Positions 1 to 19,350 of a stretch of DNA of 64,000 nucleotides are shown piece by piece (position 1 is the stretch's first letter; the number at the start of each line of letters is the position of its first letter). A program made the position numbers and the translations under genes. The DNA comes from Eledone cirrhosa (Eukaryota). The notes under the pieces were generated by a model. It worked only from the letters and a program-made list of their open reading frames with translations. It was not told the origin of the DNA and did not search any database. The stretch spans positions 226,672,001 through 226,736,000 of the forward strand of contig OZ024742.1 of the NCBI GenBank assembly GCA_964016885.1, in the 5' to 3' direction.

Positions 1-51
1 TTTTTGACCGGCCACCTTCCTGGTGGCAAGGTTGTAAAAGAAAAGAAATTG

Positions 52-836
52 TCATCCCTTGAATCGCAAGAATCTTTTGCAAATTTTGAAGGTGCCAGCT
101 ATCGCAGCCATTTGTAGACTATGAATTAGGGAGCTGCGCTCTTTGTCCGCAAATCCAAGTTCAGTCATACTTTGGTCCAAGCGGGTTGGTATATAACCCG
201 TAGCACCAATAATGATGGGTATGAAGCTAAAGGTGTATCTTGGATACTGGATTTGTAAACTCCTCATCAATGGTCCGTAGATGTCCTCCTTCTGTATTTT
301 TCTGACAACGTTTACATCAAGTGAGCAGCTTATCTCCACAACAGAACACGTTTTCAATGTGTGGTCCCAAACTACAATATCAGGCCGGTTGTGCTTTAAT
401 TTGGTGGCAGTTTTTATTTTCAGGTTCCACCAGTATTCCTTAGTGCTATCTGTCTCAATATATTCCTCCTCGTTTGTTGTTAATTTTGTTTTCCGAAGTG
501 CGTTCCAGATGGTTCTAGCTATCCCATCGTGTCTCATGGGGAGGTAGTAGCGAGATGACATTCTTTCGCAGCTGGCAACAATGTGGCTTACATCCTCGAT
601 CTTTGTTTTACATAGCCTACATTTATTGTCAGCTGATGGTCCTCCCCTTTTGTGCAGCAGATATTTGGTAGGGAATCTTTGTTCCTGTATTGCATAGAGA
701 TATCCCTCAAGGTGTGATGTCATAAACTTGTCGGAACTCTATGCCAGGCTTTTTGGGTGGTTTATCCCCTCTATGGTCTGTGTTTTACGTCTCAAGTATC
801 CATGCACAACTTTTTCTGTAAATTGGTCAATTTTTT
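52..836 (-). mobile_element. 5'-truncated RLE-type non-LTR retrotransposon (Dong/R4-like), C-terminal CCHC zinc knuckle plus restriction-like endonuclease
   Basis: ORF 52-723 contains CRLCKTKIEDVSHIVASC, RHD, PDIVVWD and VVEISC motifs; it is homologous to 28230-28920. The 5' junction abuts a (CATA)n tract. Confidence 0.9.
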
Positions 837-910
837 GTATGTATGTATGTATGTATGTATGTATGTATGTATGTATGTATGTATGTATGTATGTATGTAT
901 GTATGTATGT
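837..910. repeat. (TATG)n microsatellite
   Basis: Perfect tetranucleotide repeat seen directly. Confidence 0.95.
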
Positions 911-1060
911 TAATGTTCGTGCGTGATCAGCTAACAATCAAGAAACTCAGAGCTGCAGTTGAGAATAATCTCAATAATACACACACGCACGCACGCACGC
1001 ACACACTGCATTATATCCTAATTAGGTATTGAGCACTTTTTCCCCACGTTTGCAAATCCA

Positions 1061-1094
<34 letters not shown>

Positions 1095-1189
1095 ATAATA
1101 AAGAGATCCCGTAAAGGTGTGAAAGCAGCGATTCTTTGCTTAAACTTTAAACTTTAATCTGTACATATAATATATATATATACACGATC

Positions 1190-1545
1190 GAGTTCTACCA
1201 AAATCAGTAGCGGACTCCCACAAGGAACTGTGTTGGGTCAACTTCTTTTCATTATCTACATAAATGACATTATAAACGTCAACAAGCACAGGAAGATAAG
1301 AATTTTCGCAGATGATTCCAATCGCCAGAAGGTCATCAATGGAGTTGGAGACTGAACATGCCTTCAATCGGTTTTGCTTGCTGTTATCCAACAAAAACAA
1401 TATGCTACTAAAACGAGGATGAATTCGAATTAATCCACTTTGGAAAAGAGGATGCATTGAAGTTACCATATTCTCTTTCCTCGGATGAAACCTTCGTTGT
1501 ATCAAATAACACCGGAGACCTTGAAGTAATTGTTGCAACAGTAAT
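1190..1545 (+). mobile_element. Degenerate CR1/L2-group LINE reverse transcriptase fragment
   Basis: Manual translation from 1191 gives SGLPQGTVLGQLLFIIYINDI...IFADDS (RT PQG and FADD motifs), followed by a stop and frameshifts. Confidence 0.8.
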
Positions 1546-1609
1546 ATTCCAATTAATAGCACTATCCTAACATCTACAATCCTCCACACTAACTCTTATT
1601 ATTAATCCA

Positions 1610-1900
1610 AACTGTAACTGTAGAAACAAGACACTCTGCCCACTAAACCGTAATTGCTTAACTGATAATATAGTGTATGGTTGCACAGTTAACACCTCTA
1701 CACAGACTAAATTTTACATAGGAGCTACCTCAATTAGTTTCAAAACAAGATTTAATTCCCATCTTCATTCTTTTAGAAAACCTAAATTAAAGCATATGAC
1801 ATCATTAGCTAGTTTCATCTGTAATAAAAAAAAATAAGGACATACCATATACATTTAATTGGGAAATATTAGGTAAATCCCCGTATATAAACCTAACAAT
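1610..1900 (+). mobile_element. Penelope-like element GIY-YIG endonuclease fragment
   Basis: Manual translation CNCRNKTLCPLNRNCLTDNIVYGCTV...FYIGATSISFKTRFNSHLHSF, homologous to 12438-12650. Confidence 0.85.
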
Positions 1901-2588
1901 ACTATATGTAGATTATGCCTCCTTGAATCTCAACCAATTATTAATTCCAAAGCTAACATTTTAAATTAAAAAATCAGAAATTTTCTCCACTAGCCCCCAT
2001 AAAAATCTACAATCATTTAACTATCATAAATCTAATAATTGTTTCTACTTTTGGCACAAGGCCAGCAATTACCCAGTGCATTACTGCTATTTTATTTATT
2101 GACCCCGTAAGGATGAAAGGCAAAGTTAACCTCGGCGGGATTCGAACTCAGAATGGCGTCAATTAACAACCCTTGCTTCAACTAATGCTTAACCTGATAC
2201 TGAATCCTTATTAATGTTTATATAGATTATATGATATATTTGTTTAATTACTATACTATCTTATCCAACTTCTTCCTTTGACCTCAATAATAACTATTTA
2301 AATATAATTGATGGGGATGCTTAATTCTATTCGGTGCCATAGTTTTGGATTTATTAGACAGGCGTTTAGCAAATAAATTCAACTATGCCCATATACTTCG
2401 GATAGCACTTATTCTTATGTTAAATCCATTGTATTCTAATTATCTATAGGTAGGCTCATACACTTATGTATTATAAAATATACTGAAACATTATGAACAA
2501 GTTATATTAATTTATTCAATATAATAGATTATCTTATCTCATCTTACCCCCTCTAGGTCTGAACTAAATAAATTATATTTCATTATCA

Positions 2589-2780
2589 GGGCAGTGGATT
2601 GGCAGTATCGGTAGAGGGTCGGACGTCATGCTTTGCAGCATAGAGTTACGGCCCTTTATGGTCTGAGTTCAAATCCCGCCGAGGTTAACTTTGCTTTTCA
2701 TCCTTACGGGGTCGATAAAATAAAGTACCAGTAATGCACTGGGATAATTGCTGGCCTTGTGCCAAAAGTAGAAATAATTA
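2589..2780 (+). mobile_element. tRNA-derived SINE, family A (central domain resembling the MetaSINE domain)
   Basis: Box A-like TGGCAGTATCGG and box B GAGTTCAAATCC, core TTTCATCCTTACGGGGTCGATAAAATAAAGTACCAG. Further copies at about 2035-2152, 29185-29250, 33258-33447, 35060-35330, 35605-35745, 47760-47910, 53735-53885 and 54655-54720. Confidence 0.85.
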
Positions 2781-3128
2781 TAATGTATTAATATTCTTAA
2801 ATACCTCACGCACTTACATATCTTTGCCATATATAAAATATCCTTTAAATAAGTGTAAATGTTTAATATATAGTAATTCAAATATATGAACTTAGCAATA
2901 ATATTAAGACAATGTAACATTAAAAGTCTACTTTGTAAATTTAACACCGGTTCAACTCATTAAATTGCCCACTTTAACCTCTCTCAAATAATATTCCGAA
3001 ACACGTAAATATTTGTTTATTTTGATACTCACATATAATTATATATTATCGATTATTTAATAATTAGTATAGTAGATATAACATCTCTGTAACAACTGAA
3101 ACACATACACACATATATATATATATAG

Positions 3129-3664
3129 TAATAATTGTTTCTACTTTTGGCACAAGGCTAGCAATTATCCCAGTGTATTACTGGTACTTTATTTTATTGA
3201 CCCCGTAAGGATGAAAGGCAAAGTTAACTTCGGCGGGATTTGAACTCAGAACGTAACTCTATGCTGCAAAGCATGGCGTCCGACTCTCTACCGATACTGC
3301 CAATCCACCGTATATAGTTATAATGGTTTCTTATATAGGCACAAGGCCAGCAATTTTTTTGGGGGGGGGGAAAAGTCGATGAAATTGAACCAGTGCGTGA
3401 CTGGTACTTTATTTTATCGACCCCGTAAGGATGAAAGGCAAAGTTAACTTCGGCGTGATTTGAACTCAGATCATAAAGGGCCGTAACTCTATGCGGCAAA
3501 GCATGGCGTCCGACCCTCTACCGATACTGCCAATCCACCGTCCTACCGTATATAGTAATAATTGTTTCTACTTTAGGCACAAGGCCAGCAATTATCCCAG
3601 TGTATTACTGGTACTTTATTTTATCGACCCCGTAAGGATGAAAGGCAAAGTTAACCTCAGCGGG
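3129..3664 (-). mobile_element. Three head-to-tail copies of SINE family A
   Basis: Reverse complements of 2589-2780 at about 3129-3310, 3325-3540 and 3555-3664. Confidence 0.85.
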
Positions 3665-3882
3665 AATAATAATAAATATGAAGACTAAAATCCGAAGAGG
3701 GCTCGATAAGGATAATATATATATCAAATATATAAAAACCATAGAGAAAATATTTATTTAAATAACAGATTAAAGTTTAAGCAAAGAATCGCTGCTTTCA
3801 ACCCTTAACAGGATATTCAGAAGATCCCGTTAAGGGTGAAAGCAGCGATTCTTTGCTTAAACTTTAATCTGTTATTTTAATA
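3665..3882. mobile_element. Fold-back remnant of a probable PLE terminal repeat (other pieces at 1091-1162 and 9708-9858)
   Basis: Inverted arms at about 3755-3812 and 3820-3882; the same sequence recurs beside (TA)n tracts; degenerate HHR-like C(T/A)GAAGA-tccc-gttaa-gggt-GAAA. Confidence 0.55.
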
Positions 3883-3884
3883 TC

Positions 3885-6817
3885 TTGATCACCTATAGAT
3901 CGGGGGAACACACAAGCCAGGTAGATTATATCCTTACCAGAAGACGTGACAGAGTGTCTGTTGTTAACACTAAATCCCTCCCCCATGAAGAATTCACCTC
4001 CCAACATAGACTGATAATTAGCGACCTCATAGTCAGGACGAGACGTACTAGACAGCGGAAGAGGACTATCCTCAGGAGAAAAATATGGAAGCTAAAGGAC
4101 CCCATAGCCAGAAATAAATTTCAAAGCATATTACTTGATGCTTTCGACAGTAAGGAAGAGCAATTAGAGTCGTATAATATAGAGGAACAGTGGGAATTCC
4201 TGAGAGCAAACCTGCTGACGGCGGCAGACGAAGTCTGTGGCTGGAGCAGGCCTGTAGGTAGGAGGAGAGTAACATGGTGGTGGAACAGTAAGGTGGAGGA
4301 GTCAATTAAGGCCAAAAAGCAGGCTTGGAAAGTATGGCGGGATGGGGGAAGTAGAGAAGACTATCAAGTGGCCAGGAGGGAAGCTAGGAGACAAGTCTAC
4401 TTCGCAAGAAGGGAAGCAGAGGAAAGAAAGTTCAAGCATGTTCTACAACGTGAGGACCAAAAACGTGAGGTGTTCAGGATTGCCAGGCAATGTGTCAAGG
4501 AAAACCGTGATATTGTCGGGGAGAAGTGTGTACTTAACGATGATGGCATACTTGCCATCACCGACGCTGATAAGAAGGTAGCTTGGAAGTGTCACTACGA
4601 AAGGCTTCTAAATGAGGAGAACAAATGGGAGAAAGACAGTCTCCCCCAGATCGATCCAATAGAGGGACCAGCAGTGTTAGTTGAAGGTAGTATAATAAGT
4701 AAGGCAATCAAAGATATGAAGACGGGTAAGGCGGCTGGGCCTTCGGAAATAGTTGCTGAGATGCTGAAGGCATCTGGTTCGGTGGGACACACCATGGTCA
4801 CCCGGATAGTTAACCAAGTCGTACAGAATGGGGTTGTTCCGAAGGACTGGCGTAGCAGCATCATCGTTAACTGCTATAGGGAAAAGGAGATGCCCTAGAT
4901 AGGAGTAACTATAGAGGCATTAAATTAATCGTCCAGGTCATGAAGGTCACGGAAAAAGTAATAGCGCAACTAATCAGAGAGAGAATTGATCTAGATGAAA
5001 TGCAGTTCGGGTTTGTGTCAGGCAAAAGTACCACAGACGCTCTTTTCATTGTACGACAACTACAGGAGAAGTACCTAGCTAAAAGTAAACCCCTATACTT
5101 AGCTTTCGTCGACTTGGAGAAAGCCTTCGACAGAGTCCCCCGTTCCATTATCTGGTGGTCTCTTAGAAAACTAGGTGTTGACGAATGGCTTGTGAGAGCT
5201 ATACAAGCCATGTATAAAGAAACAGTCAGTAAGGTTAGAATTAACAACGAATATAGTGAAGAGTTTAGCGTAAAAGTTGGTGTCCATCAGGGCTCTGTTC
5301 TTAGCCCCCTACTATTTATTATTGCCCTTCAGGCTATAACAGAGGAGTTCAAGACCGGCTGCCCATGGGAACTCCTATACGCAGATGATCTAACGCTCAT
5401 AGCTGAATCAATGACCGAACTAGAGAAGAAATTCCAAACATGGAAGCGCGGCCTAGAATCAAAAGGCCTTAAAATTAACCTGGCTAAGACTAAAGTTCTA
5501 GTTTGTAGGAAAGAAAATAAGGCGGCGGTCCCATCTGGGAAATGGCCATGCTCAGTGTGTAGGAAAGGCGTAGGTAGAAACTCCATTTTATGTCCTAAAT
5601 GCAAAGTATGGGTGCATAAAAGATGTAGTGGGATCACAGGTAAGCTAACTAAGAACATAGATTTTACATGTGGCCGGTGCTCTGGTGCAATAAGTAGCAG
5701 CAAGTGCCCACAAAATACTAGCTCCTTCAACTGCGCAGAGGGTTCTATAGAAATAGTGGACAGCTTCCGTTATCTGGGTGACAAAATCAGCAGTGGGGGA
5801 GGGTGCTCTGAAAGTACAGTAGCTAGAGTCAGAACTAGATGGAAAAAGTTCAGAGAGCTTATACCACTATTAACCGCTAGAGGGTTTTCCCTAAAAATGA
5901 AAGGCAGGTTATACGATGCCTGCATACGAACAGCAATGCTGCATGGCAGTGAGACCTGGGCATTGTGTGCAGAGGATATACGCAGACTAGAGAGGAACGA
6001 AGCTTGCATGCTCCGCTGGATGTGCAATAGTAATATACGTGAACGGCAAAGCATAAACGAACTAAGGAAAAAATTAGAAATAAGAGGCATCAGATGTTGT
6101 TTACTCGAGAGAAGGCTACGTTGGTACGGTCACGTGATGCGCATGAAAGACGACAGCTGTATAACAAAGTGCAGGGCAATAAAGATAGACGGTAGCCACG
6201 GAGTAGGCAGACCCAGAAAAACATGGGACAAGCTGATAAATTCCGACCTCACACGCTTACACCTCTCCAAGACAATGTCACTGGACCGAGACCTTTGGCG
6301 GTACTCAGTAATAGAGAAGACCCGCCTTACCTAAATACAAAGTAAAAACCTACTACAGTCAGTAGGCATCTCTATCAAAACACACCCCGTCCCACCACCT
6401 CCACCCCACCCACACCGCCCCTTTCAATGTAAAGTCATGTTGGTCTCACAACATCCAGGCCGAAACAAATGAGATCGTGTAGGTGTCACGACAAAAAACA
6501 CACAGTCCACGCTGTAAATGTGGCCGTGTAGGCAACACGGTAAAAACCTCCCAGCCCCACACTGTAAATGTGGTTGGTGTTAGGAAGGGCATCCAGCTGT
6601 AGAAAACCCGCCAGACAGTCCACGCTGTAATGTGGCCGTGTGGGCAACACGGTAAAGGCCTCCCAGCCCCACACTGTAAATGTGGTTGGTGTTAGGAAGG
6701 GCATCCAACTGTAGAAAACCCGCCAGACAGTCCTATGCGAGCAAGACAACCACTCTTGCCTCAAGTGGGAAAACCCCCGTCCAAACCCATGCAAGCGTGG
6801 AACACGGACGCTAAACC

Positions 6818-6848
<31 letters not shown>

Positions 6849-6850
6849 AT
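3885..6850 (+). mobile_element. 5'-truncated RTE-clade LINE (APE C-terminus, RT, Cys/His finger) with one frameshift near 4880-4900, 3' UTR and (GAT)n tail
   Basis: ORFs 3885-4898 and 4940-6334 contain SQVDYIL and SQHRL (APE), QFGF, FVDLEKAFD, GVHQGSVLSPLLF, LLYADD and RRLRWYGHV. The 3' UTR has an internal ~113-bp duplication (6503-6732). Candidate TSD TATTTTAATAT at about 3873 and 6856. Confidence 0.95.
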
Positions 6851-7406
6851 TCACATATTTTAATATATATATATATATATATATTCACTGCGTATATGCG
6901 TATAACTATGTGGGTCATAATATAACATTAGGTCTGCAAGTAAATATCTTTTAACCATTTTAAATTCGATGGATTGTTCGTGTTAACAATGAATATTGCT
7001 TTGTTAAAACTCTATAAATTCCAATTCATTCTAGGAAAACTACTACTCTTCCAAATAACTTTTAATACAACTGACACCATAGTTTTTGAACTATGATGTT
7101 TTTTTAACTATAAATTCCAATTCATTTTAGGAAAACTACTACTTCCAAATAACTTTTAACACAACTGACACTATATTTTTTTAACTAGATTTTTAACTGA
7201 TCTATTTTGATATTTTGATAAGTGATAGATACTATCTGTTTTTTCTTGAGTGATTTGTATTGGTATTTTATTTAAACTCTGATGACACCCATAGTCTATG
7301 CTAACTAGTGGCAAAACTATATAACGGCTCTGCATGATCCTCAATGATTGCATTGAGCTAAAGTATATCTAGTAAATGAGTAAAAATTTACTCTCATAAA
7401 TATTAC

Positions 7407-7484
<78 letters not shown>

Positions 7485-7487
<3 letters not shown>

Positions 7488-8077
7488 TGATATTCTACAG
7501 GACTAGAACTGTTTCATTCTTGAGAAATCATCAGGAATCTGACTGTCACAATAAATGTGGTGGTATTTATATCTTTTCTGGTGGTAGGAGAGGGGGGAAT
7601 GGGTGGAGGTCATTGGTTGAAAGAAAAGGGAATTCATTAAAAGCTAATTCTTTAAAGCTATAAAAACCCATCAACCATGACTGGCCCCCAACCATCTTAT
7701 AGACACCTGAAATATAGGCATTGTTGGCTTAAGAGAAACTTAAAATTAAGGAGTGGCACCCCAATTTGAACTTGTTTATAGAATTCTTTAGCCTTTGTCA
7801 CTCTAAATATAAATTATAGCCTTAAAGAATTAGCTTTTAATGAATTCCCTTTTCTTTCAACCAATGACCTCCACCCATCCCACTCCCCCCTCTCCTACCA
7901 CCAGAAAAGATATAAATACCACCACATTTATTGTGACAGTCAGATTCCTGATGATTTCTCAAGAATGAAACAGTTCTAGTCCTGTAGAATCTCATCTATA
8001 TTAAAACTTTTATACTTTGCTATGTATTGAGTACCTTACTTACTGTGGTTACCTCCGATTCAACCCGGAATAACTTA

Positions 8078-8080
<3 letters not shown>
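7485..8080 (+). mobile_element. PLE 3' remnant with pseudo-LTR and an inverted partial copy, between (TA)n tracts
   Basis: Arms 7485-7662 and 7815-7998 are reverse complements. The spacer encodes EKLKIKEWHPNLN (GIY-YIG C-terminus-like). TATA-like GATATAAATA precedes the HHR; a ~80-nt tail is present on the right arm only. Confidence 0.8.
7942..7992 (+). ncRNA. Type I hammerhead ribozyme (inverted twin at 7492-7540, minus strand)
   Basis: agattc-CTGATGA-tttc tcaa gaat-GAAA-cag ttctagtc ctg-TA^-gaatct; stems I and III pair fully and stem II closes with U.U. Confidence 0.8.
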
Positions 8081-8118
<38 letters not shown>

Positions 8119-8124
8119 GCATAC

Positions 8125-8320
8125 AGAGATAGGCGAAATCCCGACCGCAGTGCCAAGCGGCTTCGGCTTGTGTATTCAGAGAAAAGGCTTGCTGACCGCA
8201 CAAAGCAAAACCGCTTGGCGCCGCGGTCGGGATTTTATTTAACTATATACTCACTCTGCATCTTCTCATGCGTTGAGTACTCCAATGATTACTGGTCTTC
8301 CCGGTCTCAGCAGACTCTAC
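8125..8320 (+). mobile_element. Small fold-back PLE-type cassette with a partial HHR
   Basis: Inverted arms at about 8135-8172 and 8198-8236; (G/A)AAA-ccgc ttggcgcc gcgg-TC with a palindromic loop; bulged hairpin at 8253-8278. Confidence 0.6.
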
Positions 8321-8395
8321 ACACACACACACACACATATATATATACATAACACATACACACACGCGCGCACACACACACATACACACACACAC

Positions 8396-8473
<78 letters not shown>

Positions 8474-8474
8474 T

Positions 8475-9710
<1,236 letters not shown>

Positions 9711-9853
9711 TATTAAAATAACAGATTAAAGTTTAAGCAAAGAATCGCTGCTTTCACCCTTAACGGGATCTTTGCTCTACGGTTCTTATATATTTGATAT
9801 ATATTTTCCTTATCAAGCCCTCTTTGGATTTTAGTCTTCAATTTTATTATTAT

Positions 9854-10001
<148 letters not shown>

Positions 10002-10043
10002 ATATATATCTGAATAAGAACAGTAGTAACCCGGGTAATTCAG

Positions 10044-10111
<68 letters not shown>

Positions 10112-10250
10112 GATAAATCTACCAAAAAGTACGGTAGTGTCCAATTCGTATGAAAAGAGATGATGTATTCAAAAAAATTTTTCGATGATGATTTATCTAC
10201 ATACTTTGCTCCTAATTTTATAGGGATATTCTTATTTTTGTATATATATG

Positions 10251-13845
<3,595 letters not shown>

Positions 13846-14003
13846 ATGTGTAGGTATGTATATTCCCTCTGATAGTTTGTAAAAATTTTACATAGATCTA
13901 TAGGATATGCATACCAACACTAACATATATATCCTAGAAACGATCGTAAAATGATGAATTTTTAAATATAAGGAACTTCTTTGTTTATTCATTATTTTTA
14001 TTA

Positions 14004-14093
<90 letters not shown>

Positions 14094-15251
14094 AAATTAG
14101 AGAAGCATGTGTACAAATTATTGATTGGTAGTAAGAATTCCTGCTTATAGGTTTTGTCAGTTGGCAGAAGAAAAAAAAAAAAATATATATATATATACAC
14201 ACACACATATATATAAGTGTGTGTGCATGTGTGTGTGTGTGTGTGTACAGGCAATACTCATTTAACGTCGTTTTGATATAAATTTGATGTGAAAAATAAA
14301 ACAAAACATTCTTAAAGTCTGAACTGAATGGTGGTGTGATGTTTATTTCTATCTCTCTTTTGTCAACTATTAGGGTTTTCAATTCAGTAAAATGAAATTA
14401 AAAATAAAAATTAAACAAAAATGAATTATACTAATCTTTTTCGAACTTTTTTTCTGTCACGATTGTCACTTGAGATACAATCTTTATATGTCTACTATCT
14501 GCTTGATTGGAGACGCAACTTCATTAAGGTACAACAATACTTAAAACATAAAATAAACAATTGTAAGTAGAGTAAAGAACCAAATGGCATTTAACAGATA
14601 CAAATTAATACACTTCTAATGAGGAGTCTGTTTGATCGTTATTAATCTACTTCAAGTAAGTAGCTCTATTTTCTTCGATGTACTGAGCGGAAAGTGTTTT
14701 TCTTTTCGATTTTCCACTAAAAAGAGTTAAAATGTTGCGTTTCTACTGATATTTTAGACTCGGTATTATTTGCTTCTGCTGGCTGGCTAAACTTAGACGG
14801 AGACTGAACGCTTCGAGGGGCGATGGGCATCGCCGAAACATTGAAATGCCCTCATGGATACACTGTCAAATGTTTAGAGTGACAGTCCAACGACTGGTTA
14901 CACCAGTTATGGAAACTTGATTGATTGATTAAATGAAAAGTGTAATAAACTGAGACGAATAACTAAATAAATACAGAGAGAAGCATGTGTACAAATTAAA
15001 GAAGCATGTGTACAAATTAGAGAAGCATCTGTACAAATTATTGATTGGTAGTAGGAAATCCTGCTTATAGGTTTTGTCAGTTGGCAGAAGAAAAAATAAA
15101 AGAACAGAAACATTATAGCCACACGCATTCTATTTGGTTACACAACTTGAATATTGATCACTTGATTTCGAGTTAAGTCCCTCTGATTCAGGTTGAGCAA
15201 TGCTTTGTGAATGAAATTTTATAGAAAGAAACTATGCGAAGCCCGATAATA

Positions 15252-16134
<883 letters not shown>

Positions 16135-16138
<4 letters not shown>

Positions 16139-17075
16139 GGAAGCAGGAAAATGCATATTGTGATCCAGTTCGTGGTTAAGAAAGCCAGTTTCATAGACGG
16201 TTTCAACGTATGGTTAGGGGTAACTCCACAAGTTTGTAAGAATTCCGTTCAATCTTGGAGTATAAAGTATAAAAGAGAAAACACAGGTAAGCATTCAAAA
16301 AGCGTAGGAACAATAAACTTCAGAATGACATAAATACATTCTTAAAAAAGCTGCGAACTACCAACGGAATTATTGTCAAAGCGGATAAAACCTCAAATGT
16401 GTATACGATGGATATTAATACATACAATAGCTTCATACGGAAAGAATTACATAGGAAATACAAAAAAACTAACGAGGCGGTATTGATAAACATCAACAAC
16501 GAGGCATACAATATAGTCAAACACCTAGGAATAGACGACAGAACGGAGCCACTTAGGCCATGTACCCCCACATTTAATCTCAAGGACCACAAGGTAAATT
16601 TTGATTAAAACCCCACAATTAGACTTATATGCCCGTCCAAATCATTGGGAAAATTAGTAAACATATATTAGACAGAGTGATAGCACAAATGAAGAATAAA
16701 CTAGTGATTAAACTATGGAGTAATGTTACCGAAACAATTAAATGTTTTAACAATATAGCTAACAAAAAAGTATCTAAGTTTATACAATTCGACATTAACG
16801 ACTATTACTCCTCTATATCCCCCAACACCTTGGATAAAGCTTTAGCATTCGCCAAAGCCAATTCTGACCTAACAGACGACGAGATAAAAATTATATTAGC
16901 TGCTAGGAAAACAATAATTAAATTTGAATACGCCTATTGGGAACGTAAGGATAGATTAAATAACTTTGACATCACGATGGGGGTTAATGACTCGGCCCAA
17001 GTCACAGATTTAGTAGGTATTTACTTAGCCCATAGTTTACAGAGTGAGTTTAGCGATCTTCACGGTGGGGGGGGG
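16135..17075 (+). mobile_element. PLE reverse transcriptase fragment, same group as 10350-13845
   Basis: ADKTSNVY, FNLKDHK, QFDINDYY and DITMGVNDSAQVTDLVG; truncated at HGG just before YRDD. Confidence 0.9.
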
Positions 17076-17079
17076 GGGT

Positions 17080-17520
17080 CACCGGTGGATGTGAAGTAAA
17101 AATAAAGTTAAAAATAAAAATAAAAGAAAATCAGAAAGAGAATTCTGTAAAGAAGGTAAGTTAAGGAAAGTGAAGAACAAGAGTTTATGGAGGATAAGTA
17201 TCTGAAAGTGAGTTAAGTTTATATGAGCTGGAAAGCAAGTGTGATTTCATGTGTGGGCAACTGGTGAACATTTCTGTTTTTGCATTTAGGCAGGTTTTTG
17301 GTGATTTAAGGTTCTGTAAAATCCAATATTTTTCACTTATGCAGAGTGCGCATCTTCTTGTTCCTCTTGCATATTCTTTAGATGGGTTCAAAATTGACCA
17401 ATCTAATTTATATTGGATACCTTGGTCTTTCAAATCCCATATTCTGCTAGCCTGAGCTGTTGTAAATCTTTTTTCAGGATGTCGGAAAGATGCGACATGT
17501 GAGTAATCTGTTGTAGTTTT
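17080..17520 (-). mobile_element. PLE GIY-YIG C-terminal fragment, inverted relative to the adjoining RT fragment
   Basis: ORF 17185-17433 contains LDWSIL...RRCALCISEKYWI...LNAKTEMFTSCPH. Confidence 0.8.
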
Positions 17521-18004
17521 TGTTTAAGTACAGCTGACCTCCTACATTGTGTTGGTAGCGGTAGTGGTGTTAAGGGGTCAGCTGGCATGTCAGCTTTAGT
17601 GTGCTGCTGCTATGTTCTGAAGAATTTGTGTGTGTGAAATGGTGGCATCCATCCTGCCACCATTTCACGTGGTGGGGGGTGCCAAACAAATAAAAAAAAT
17701 AAAAAATGCGTGTGTGTTACAACCGATATCAAAATTTGAAAGATTTGAAACATATTAACTGAAGTAGAAAACCTGTGTGTCAGAATCGAGAAGTGTAAAG
17801 AATTACAATTCGTATTTTATCACCGAGTGGTGCGTTTTAAGAGCAAATGAGATAAAAGTAGTGTGTAAAACACCAACACCTGAGTGTCAAAATCCGGAAA
17901 TGCAAAGGACTACAGTTCCTATTTGCGCATAAAGTACATATGCGCGTGTATGTCAACGCACATCGTTGCAAGCACACACGCACAAACACAGGCTCAGGTG
18001 CATT

Positions 18005-18086
<82 letters not shown>

Positions 18087-18092
18087 ATGTAT

Positions 18093-18127
<35 letters not shown>

Positions 18128-18219
18128 CATATACACATACATGTAAGTATCGATGTATGTATAATTTTAAACAACAGTATCTATGTATGGACATATGTAT
18201 AAGTATGTGTTGCTATAGG

Positions 18220-19287
18220 AGTCGATTGAGGCGGGAGTAGGGGTGGTGAGTGTGTAGGGGGTGGTTTACCTTGGGCTCGGTGTGGCGGGGCTACTATCCC
18301 TATAGCTTGAGGGGAGTTCCCATCCCAATGTGTTGTTATTGTCCATATAGCTTAAGGAAGGTCCCGGCCCTGAGGTGTCTACATGTACCGAAGAAGTCGG
18401 TCCTGAGGTTTATTAGGCTGCTTCCACCAACGAGTATCTCGAGGGTCTCACTCAGACATAGTTTGCAGATGCCAGATCCCCCTCTATTAGCTGGAACTTT
18501 CATGATTTTGGACCAGGCCAGAGAGTACGGGGTCCTGTCCAGCTTCAGCTTCCAGATCAGTTCGGAAAGAGCCGTACTTTTCCTTTTGTCCTCCCTATTA
18601 AAGGAATGGCGATGGTTATACCATCTGTCTTTGAAGCTCGTTGATGTGACTCTTATGTAAAGGTGCTCAGAGTTGGGGCTTTTTACTCTACATCCGTATA
18701 TTAAGTTCTTCCTGAGGCATTCATTACTAAGGGGGCATAATGTGGGGGTTCTGCAGTTGCAGGAGGTGGTCGACCCCTGAGTGTCTAATGTGGGGTTCCC
18801 GTTGCGTATTATAAGGTGGTCTTCTCCTGGGCTTGGTGGGGGGGTCCCTGGGTCTGTTTGGGTTCCCAGGGTGGGTATCGGGTCCACCCCTCCTTCCCTC
18901 TACATGGCTCTGCTGGGCGCTTATATTGCCAGCTTCTGGTTGTGTGTAGTTTCTAAGTCTACCCCTATTGATGCTAGATATGTGCTGGGCTACGTTGCAC
19001 GTGGTAGAATACGAGAGCTTCACAGTGTGTCTGTTGAAGATCTTGAGGTATCTATGTTCCCTCGGGAAGCATTTATGTAGTGCTCTAAAGAATGACCGGG
19101 CCAAGCTGTTCTTTAGGGCCGCTGAGTAGGGTGGGTTGTACCACGTGATTTTTCAACGTCTATTCCTATGTGGGTGGGTTGAGCGTGCTGTGGGCTGTTG
19201 GGGAGTTGTTGGGTTGCTAGTGGTTCCCGCATTGTTGCTTCCCCTTGTGATAGGGGTAGTATTGCTCAGTGCTCATGTTTAGGGTGA

Positions 19288-19290
<3 letters not shown>
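18220..19290 (-). mobile_element. PLE thumb/GIY-YIG fragment, GC-rich subfamily
   Basis: KIFNRHTVKLSYSTT, CNCRTPTLCPLS, LIYGC, FKDRWYNH, CKLCLSE and TCRH. Confidence 0.88.

Positions 19291-19350
<60 letters not shown>

Noticed and set aside
2589-2700. tRNA genes
   Set aside because: Box A/B sequences belong to multi-copy SINE heads and do not form complete cloverleaves.
3810-3860. Hammerhead-like CAGAAGA/CTGAATA...GAAA at the palindrome centre
   Set aside because: The core is mutated in both arms and I could not build stem III with a UH site convincingly; kept only as a degenerate remnant.
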